A DNA stretch of 64,000 nucleotides from Phycisphaeraceae bacterium (lineage in GTDB: Bacteria; Planctomycetota; Phycisphaerae; Phycisphaerales; Phycisphaeraceae), in the NCBI GenBank assembly GCA_963674705.1, contig OY771506.1:1344001-1408000 (forward strand). The letters run 5' to 3'. The position numbers and the translations under genes were made by a program. How positions within the stretch are numbered: the stretch's first letter is position 1; the number at the start of each line of letters is the position of its first letter. Below are positions 58,082-64,000 of this stretch, piece by piece. Below the pieces are notes generated by a model that ran no database searches, had not been told where the DNA came from, and was given only the letters and a program-made list of their open reading frames with translations.

Positions 58082-59560
58082 CTATTCCGCGCCTCCCCCC
58101 AACCGTTCCTTCCACGCTGCAAGCTGCTGCTCAAATCCACTCACCCCCGCGTTCCCTGCCGTCTGATAACGCTTCACCACGTTTTCAGGACCTAACCAAT
58201 CATAGACATCGTTTTCAACCAGAGTTTTGCCGGATTTTTCACTGCATACCGCATTGAAGTCTTCCAGCTTGAGTAGCGACAGCTTCTCATACCCCTTGTC
58301 CCGGCACATCTGCACAAGCTTGCCCACTACCTGGTGCGATGTCCTAAACGGCACGCCCTTGGTCACCAGGTACTCCGCCAGGCTCGTCGCATCGAGGAAC
58401 CCACGATCAAGCCCCTGCTTGATCCGTGCTTCATTGAACTTGGTCGTCTTCACGATCCGCGTCGCCATATCCAGGCAATCGCACACCGCATCGTAAGCCG
58501 TGAAGACATGCCGCTTGTCTTCCTGAAGATCGCGGTTGTAACCGATGGTCAAACCCTTACACATGGTCAATAGCGCCATGAGCGAGCCATAGACAAGCCC
58601 CGTCTTGCCCCGGATCAACTCAAGCATGTCCGGATTCTGCTTCTGCGGCATCATGGATGACCCGGTCGTGTACAGGTCATCCAACGTGATGAAACCAAAC
58701 TCGGTCGTAGAATAAATGATCCACTGCTCCGCCCAGCGCGAGAGCCACATGGAGGTCATGGTCAATGCGTAGACGAAATCGATGGCAACGTCACGAGAAG
58801 CAGTTGCCTCGATAGAATTATGTGTAGGCGTTAATTTGCCTAGTATTTTGAATACATAATCTCGGTCAAGAGGCAGGCTGCTTCCTGCAATTGCCCCCGA
58901 GCCTAGCGGCAATTCCACATGCAGTTCTTCATAACATGCGTGTACTCGGTCGATACATCGCTTAATAGTTTCCGCCCAAGCAAGCAGTTCTCCGCCGACC
59001 ACAATCGGTTGTGCTCGTTGGAGATGGGTATAGGAAGGCATAACATGGTGGCCACAATCCTCGGCAAGCTTGATAAATGATCTCGCCAGCGACGTTAGTT
59101 TGTAGTCAAGCGAAGATTGATACCCGCTTTCAGAGCCATATAGCGCATCGTATACCCATAGTTGAATATCCAGCGCCACCTGATCATTCCGGCTCCGTCC
59201 GGTATGCAGCTTCCGCCCCGCATCCCCCGTCTTCTCGATCAGCGCGGCTTCGATGCACATATGCACATCTTCCAGCTCGACCTTCCAGCCGGGCCAGGCG
59301 TCGCCCTGTTCGTCGATCTCGGTCTTGATCTCGTTGAGGCCCCGCTCGATCTCTTTCAGTTCATCCGCTGTAATCAGCCCGACGTGCTCAAGCATCTGCG
59401 CGTGGGCGATGGAGCCGCGGATGTCGTGGGTGTACAGCCGTTTATCGTAATCCAGGCTCGAAACAAACCGTGCCGCCAGCGGGTCGGAACCCGAGCCGGA
59501 GCCGGACTTGGTGTGTTCCCAGGGTTTTGGGGAGGGGTTGGGGGATTGATTTTGTGTCAT
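58082..59560 (-). CDS. argH: Argininosuccinate lyase
   Basis: EDVH, HTGRSRNDQVA, YTHLQRAQP, TGSSMMPQKQNPD and YNRDLQEDK motifs; ATG 59560. Confidence 0.96.
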   Translation of the reverse strand: MTQNQSPNPSPKPWEHTKSGSGSGSDPLAARFVSSLDYDKRLYTHDIRGSIAHAQMLEHVGLITADELKEIERGLNEIKTEIDEQGDAWPGWKVELEDVHMCIEAALIEKTGDAGRKLHTGRSRNDQVALDIQLWVYDALYGSESGYQSSLDYKLTSLARSFIKLAEDCGHHVMPSYTHLQRAQPIVVGGELLAWAETIKRCIDRVHACYEELHVELPLGSGAIAGSSLPLDRDYVFKILGKLTPTHNSIEATASRDVAIDFVYALTMTSMWLSRWAEQWIIYSTTEFGFITLDDLYTTGSSMMPQKQNPDMLELIRGKTGLVYGSLMALLTMCKGLTIGYNRDLQEDKRHVFTAYDAVCDCLDMATRIVKTTKFNEARIKQGLDRGFLDATSLAEYLVTKGVPFRTSHQVVGKLVQMCRDKGYEKLSLLKLEDFNAVCSEKSGKTLVENDVYDWLGPENVVKRYQTAGNAGVSGFEQQLAAWKERLGGGAE

Positions 59561-59576
59561 ACACGGTAGTGTATGG

Positions 59577-59684
59577 GAAAGCAGAAAAGCAGAAAAACAG
59601 AAAAGCAGAAAATCCAAGGCATTCGCTCCCGGACGCAAATGCTTTATTTTCTGCTTTTCTGTTTTCCTGCTTTCCTGTTTTTCC
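59577..59684. repeat. Gene-less inverted pair of 8-bp arrays (long hairpin)
   Basis: 59577-59613 pairs with 59646-59682; 32-nt spacer is itself a stem-loop. Confidence 0.92.
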
Positions 59685-60854
59685 TTAGAACGGCAAGCCG
59701 TCGTCGTCCTCGTCATCCTCTTCCGCCGTGCCGAAGTAGCCGCCCTCTTCGAAGGCGTCGTCGTCCAGGCCTCGGTGATGGATGCGGATCACCCGTGCCA
59801 GGGCGTCGCCCAGTAGCGGGCCGACCGCTTCGGCCGTGTCCAGCACGGTCTGATCGAACGGGTCGGAGGAATCCCGGAACAGCGCCACCACCGCCAGTGA
59901 CTCGTTTTCGCTGCGGCAGGCAAAGGCAAGCATATGCGAGTCAACCAGGTAAGCGGCGTCACCACCCAGCAGATGCGCCAGGCTCTTGTTGTCCGTGACG
60001 TGTATCAGGTCGTCACGATTCGAGATCTTCGGCGCGACGATGTCGGCCAGATGTTGCAGCAGCATGTCCGCAGACTCGGGCGTGCAGTCGTAGTTGACAT
60101 ATCCGCCCAGCGTGAATTCATCCATGCTCGAAGGCAGGAACACCGCCGCGTTCGTCGGCCCGGCCTTCTCGACAAGATGCTCAAGCGTCTTGCGCAGAAG
60201 CTGTTCAAGGTCCAGTTCATCCCGGATCACCGCGCCGAATTCCGACGCCTGCACGACTTGCTGCATCTGCCCGGCCAGTTCCTGGTAGGCCGTCACCAGA
60301 TCGTTGCACAGGATGTCGACTTGTTTGCTGACATCCGCACGCGCCTGGTTCAGCTTCTTGCACAGCCGGCGAAGCCGACGCACACGCTGCGCCTGGTCAC
60401 GGCTCTTGCGTTGCTTGGCAAGCGCCTTGCCGACGCGGTCGTTCAGCTCCGCCATATCAAGCGGTGTCACGATGTAATCCAATGCGCCGGCGCGGATCGC
60501 ACGCATCGCCGATTCGAGGTTCGGCTCGTCGTCGATCAAAACCGTCGCGACGATCCGCCGGCTCTTATTCAGTTCATCCGCCAGATCGAATCCCGAACCG
60601 TCGGGCAGCTTCGGGTTGATCAATGCCAGGTCCACTGACTTTTCGGTCAGTTGGGCACGCGCTTCGGTCAGCGAGCGGGCGTGAATCAGTTGAACACTAT
60701 CCCCGGCGGGTACGGCACTCTGGATCACAGCGCCCAGGTTCGGGTCTGCCCCCACCAGGAGGGCCCGAACCGTCTTCTTAGGTGTTTCACGTCGGCTTGA
60801 GCCGACCCCGGTTGACTTAGGCTTGCCTGCCAAAACTTCCTCCCTGCCAGTCAC
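59685..60854 (-). CDS. Atypical response regulator (degenerate REC, coiled coil, GAF-like domain)
   Basis: KLPDGSG and AGALDY REC remnants; acidic tail. Confidence 0.8.
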   Translation of the reverse strand: MTGREEVLAGKPKSTGVGSSRRETPKKTVRALLVGADPNLGAVIQSAVPAGDSVQLIHARSLTEARAQLTEKSVDLALINPKLPDGSGFDLADELNKSRRIVATVLIDDEPNLESAMRAIRAGALDYIVTPLDMAELNDRVGKALAKQRKSRDQAQRVRRLRRLCKKLNQARADVSKQVDILCNDLVTAYQELAGQMQQVVQASEFGAVIRDELDLEQLLRKTLEHLVEKAGPTNAAVFLPSSMDEFTLGGYVNYDCTPESADMLLQHLADIVAPKISNRDDLIHVTDNKSLAHLLGGDAAYLVDSHMLAFACRSENESLAVVALFRDSSDPFDQTVLDTAEAVGPLLGDALARVIRIHHRGLDDDAFEEGGYFGTAEEDDEDDDGLPF

Positions 60855-60904
60855 TTCCAGTTACCCACCGCCTTACTCTGGTGGGCTGCAGTTGTGCTAT
60901 CGGT

Positions 60905-63253
60905 TTATCCCGGGTGCGAATCGAGTGGCAGAACAAAAGTCGCCGTAGTTCCTTCACCGCGCTGGCTGCGCAACTCCAACCGTCCGCCGTGTCCGGATAA
61001 CCACTGCATTGCACGAGGCAAGCCCATGCCGACACGTCGGCCCGCCGCCTTTGCGCTAAAGAACGGATCGGGCGCGTGTTCCAACGTGTATGGGTCCATC
61101 CCCTCACCATCATCCCGCACCTGAACAACGATGCTTCCGCCGCCCGGCTCAACCTGCGCAGTGACCTGCACCGACGACGCCGGGTTCGCCTGCACCGCGT
61201 TGTTCAATAACTCTTTCATCACGCCGCGTAATTGCTCGGCGTCCGCCTGGATCTTCGGCAACTGTCCGCGCAGCTTCAGCGTGAAGATCACTGCCTTGTT
61301 GCGCTTCTCCTGCGCTGTACTGAACTGCTTGACCGTTTCGTCGAGCAGTGCGCCAAGGTCCGTTTCCGCAAGCTCGGGCGCGGGTGGGTCCGCGATCATC
61401 CGCAGGCTTGTGATCAAACTGCTGAGTTTGTGTGATTCCTGGAAGACGCTCTGCGCATCCTTTTGTTCTTTTGAACCTTGCGGCAGCGTCATCGATAACA
61501 ACTGGCTGCGTCCGGCGATTACCGCAAGCGGATTGTTCATTTCGTGCGCAGCGCCGGCCGCCATCTCGCCCAGGCGAGCCAGCGATGCTTGGCGCGTCAG
61601 TTGCGCCTGTGCTTCGGATAACGCCTGGTTCGTCTGGGCAAGGTCTTCACCGAGTCGCCTCGCCCCGTCGTGCTGCGCCGCCGCCGCGATCGCTGCGCCC
61701 CAGACGCTTGTCATCGCGGATAGTTGCTTCCAGGGCGGCGTATTTTCACGATCGTGCAGCAGCACCGCCGATGCGCCCCAGCCACAACTCAGCGGCAATA
61801 ACCGCACCTTACGAAGGTCCGGCGCCTGCACGATGTAGTCTGCCACCCAAGGCAACACACCCATCAACTGCAAGCCCACCGGCTGCGATGGGTCCAACGC
61901 CGCCAGGTCCGGTGTGTGCGGCGGCGCTTCGATGTATTGACTGTGTACCGGTCGGCCTTCCTGGTTGTACTGACAGATCAACCAGCCGTCGTTGTCTTCC
62001 AGCGAGTCATACGAGGGGAATGCATCGCTATGCGTAATCCGATGGTCCACGCCCGGATCGCCGGGATAAATCAAACCGTAAAAGCCCTGCCCCAGCAGGT
62101 TCGCACACGAAGCGACGACCGCGTCCAGCACATCCTGCACGCTTCGGCCCGGTGTTGCCGAGCCATGAAACGCGCTGATCGTTTCCAATATCTTCTGCTG
62201 TTCTTCCGCATCGTTCGCACGGCGGTCCAGTACAACGTTGATCCGCCCAAGCGCTTCGTTTGCGCGCTGCACCGATTGCAACAGCAACTCATGCGAAGCC
62301 GCGTCGTATAAGCCTAACGCCTGGCCTCGCACTTCAAGCTCTTCGTGCAGTTGCTCCGCGACACGCGAAACCACATCCGGATCGAGCCCTAATTCCTGCG
62401 AAAGGTCGCCGACGTTTTGACGAAGTGAGAAGTTGCCGGAATACCCCGCGTGCATCCGGCGGGCAACCACGTCCGCGAGTGTCACCAGCCCGATCATCCC
62501 GCGATGCTCGAGTTTGGGCAGCGAACTGATCGGTGAGCCGTGCAGCCAGATACAGTCGGTGATCATGTGCGGCAGTCGCCAGCGTTGTGCGAGCCTCTTG
62601 CCGGCCGTGTTGTGGTCGATCCCGATGATCCGCCGTTCGTATTCAGCGATGTTCGCCTGATTCAGATCGGTCAACTCAACGATCCGATCGAAGCTGCGCG
62701 GCAGCACGTAGTCCAGCGCGATCTTTCCGATATCGTGAAGCAGTCCACAGACAAACGCCTGCTCCGGCATGAGGTCGCGACGCTTGGGATGTGCCTTGGC
62801 GATCAATTCCGCGGCGACGCCTACCGCCAAGCAGTGCATCCAGAACGCAGCGCGGTCGAACGACTGGGGGGCGTACCCTTTTTCCGTGTCTCCCTCTTCG
62901 ACCGGCTTTGCCGTCGCCGAGTTGGGCCGCTGCGCGTTGGGCCCGAAAGCCTCGAACACCTTCACGCTCAGCACCGCGTTGCGGATCGCGTTAAAACCCA
63001 GCAACACCACCGCGCGGTCCACCGTCAGGTGATCGCCGCTGATACCTTTTTCCGCCGTCTGACACAGCGTCAACACCTTCGTCGTCAGCGAAGGATCCGC
63101 GCTGACCAGTTCAATGACTTGCTTGGCGTTGGAATCGTCGCTGCTGGTCAATCCCAACAAGCGCGCAGCGACCGCGGGAAGGGTCGGCAGGGAGTCGATC
63201 TGACGCAGTATCAGCTCGATCCTTCGCGGCTTGGAGGGCTCGGTCGCCAGCAT
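60905..63253 (-). CDS. HDOD domain + histidine kinase
   Basis: LPTLP, DPSL, FW.H and GLLHDIGK (HDOD); AHEMNNPL, NAVQA, DDGEG and GMGL boxes. Confidence 0.92.
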   Translation of the reverse strand: MLATEPSKPRRIELILRQIDSLPTLPAVAARLLGLTSSDDSNAKQVIELVSADPSLTTKVLTLCQTAEKGISGDHLTVDRAVVLLGFNAIRNAVLSVKVFEAFGPNAQRPNSATAKPVEEGDTEKGYAPQSFDRAAFWMHCLAVGVAAELIAKAHPKRRDLMPEQAFVCGLLHDIGKIALDYVLPRSFDRIVELTDLNQANIAEYERRIIGIDHNTAGKRLAQRWRLPHMITDCIWLHGSPISSLPKLEHRGMIGLVTLADVVARRMHAGYSGNFSLRQNVGDLSQELGLDPDVVSRVAEQLHEELEVRGQALGLYDAASHELLLQSVQRANEALGRINVVLDRRANDAEEQQKILETISAFHGSATPGRSVQDVLDAVVASCANLLGQGFYGLIYPGDPGVDHRITHSDAFPSYDSLEDNDGWLICQYNQEGRPVHSQYIEAPPHTPDLAALDPSQPVGLQLMGVLPWVADYIVQAPDLRKVRLLPLSCGWGASAVLLHDRENTPPWKQLSAMTSVWGAAIAAAAQHDGARRLGEDLAQTNQALSEAQAQLTRQASLARLGEMAAGAAHEMNNPLAVIAGRSQLLSMTLPQGSKEQKDAQSVFQESHKLSSLITSLRMIADPPAPELAETDLGALLDETVKQFSTAQEKRNKAVIFTLKLRGQLPKIQADAEQLRGVMKELLNNAVQANPASSVQVTAQVEPGGGSIVVQVRDDGEGMDPYTLEHAPDPFFSAKAAGRRVGMGLPRAMQWLSGHGGRLELRSQRGEGTTATFVLPLDSHPG

Positions 63254-63336
63254 CGTTTGTTGTCCTGAGGCGCTAACCGTAAGTCATCCAGCCCGACACA
63301 AAACCACCCCTTGTCTATCAGAGGTGGCTCATCGGG

Positions 63337-63933
63337 TTACACTTCCAGCAATGCCTCGATCCGTCTTTGAAGCACTTCGATATTGAACGGCTTCTTGATG
63401 AATTCATCAGCACCGCTCTGCAGCAGGCCATCAATGTCGCCCTGGTGCACCACGCCCGAGACGATGATGATCTTCATGCTCTGCATCGCCGGATTCTTGC
63501 GGACCGTCTCGCAGACCACGTTGCCGTTGATGTCCGGCAGCATGTAGTCGAGGATCATCAGGTCGGGTTTGAACGATTCGGTCAGGATGCCCGCGTCATA
63601 CCCCGTGCTCGCGGTGCGCAGTTCGTATCGTTCATCGTTGCCCAGCAGGTCGACGAACAATTCGACGATCTGATCGTCGTCGTCCACCACAAGGATGCGC
63701 TGCTTGCCCGATTCCAGGCGATCGGTCGGGATGTCGTTATCGCGCATGAACTTGAGCAATTCTTCACGCGGGATACGCCGAAACCGGCTGCCCGGCACAC
63801 GGAAGCCTTTAAGCCGGCCACTGTCAAAGCAGCGGATAATGGTCTGCTGCGAAACCTTGCAAACCTCCGCCGCCTCGCCGGTGGTGAACACCTGTTTGAG
63901 GTCCTGTTGTGACGATCCGTTGTTTTGGTTCAT
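63337..63933 (-). CDS. Response regulator with N-terminal excisionase/MerR-like HTH
   Basis: FTTGEAAEVCKVSQQTIIRCFDSG..RRIP then VDDD, LDYMLPD and KPF. Confidence 0.92.
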   Translation of the reverse strand: MNQNNGSSQQDLKQVFTTGEAAEVCKVSQQTIIRCFDSGRLKGFRVPGSRFRRIPREELLKFMRDNDIPTDRLESGKQRILVVDDDDQIVELFVDLLGNDERYELRTASTGYDAGILTESFKPDLMILDYMLPDINGNVVCETVRKNPAMQSMKIIIVSGVVHQGDIDGLLQSGADEFIKKPFNIEVLQRRIEALLEV

Positions 63934-64000
63934 GGCTTAACCCACCATTGCATCAGCCCGGACCCGCACACAGGCGCGGAGAGTTGACCGAGCTTCCCTA

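Noticed and set aside
59561..59716. 52-aa N-terminal extension of argH in the ORF track
   Set aside because: It simply reads through the repeat hairpin (KQESRKTEKQK / FLLFCFSAFLL); ATG 59560 is the more plausible start.

Overview
A GC-rich (about 60%) bacterial chromosomal window. It is probably from Planctomycetota, likely Phycisphaerae; this is inferred from the gene complement (DUF1501/DUF1800 pair, FTTG-type HTH-REC regulator, tpiA-secG-yicC order). Housekeeping genes include neuC (partial), hemC, tpiA, secG, yicC, ruvC, a Topo IV-like A/B pair split by a NanQ-family gene, lepA and argH. A ~14.3 kb type IV pilus/T2SS-like cluster carries an embedded c-di-GMP module (REC, GAF-HD-GYP, STAS, MshEN-type PilB). 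The window also has surface-glycan modification genes and several signalling genes. I found no rRNA, tRNA, CRISPR array, transposase or integrase. The most unusual signals are five. (1) A four-helix-bundle (IVS/Avd-like) gene is enclosed by inverted arrays of an 8-bp unit (AAAAGCAG), with a gene-less copy of the same element upstream of argH and a solo arm nearby. (2) argH has a low-GC, divergent in-frame patch. (3) Intergenic arrays with 7-10 bp periods and REP-like palindromes are dense. (4) A sigma28-like motif (TCAA-N16-GCCGA) recurs upstream of pilus and c-di-GMP genes. (5) A T9 tract lies in the secretin signal peptide. All counts are by hand and all family calls come from motif recognition, not database searches.
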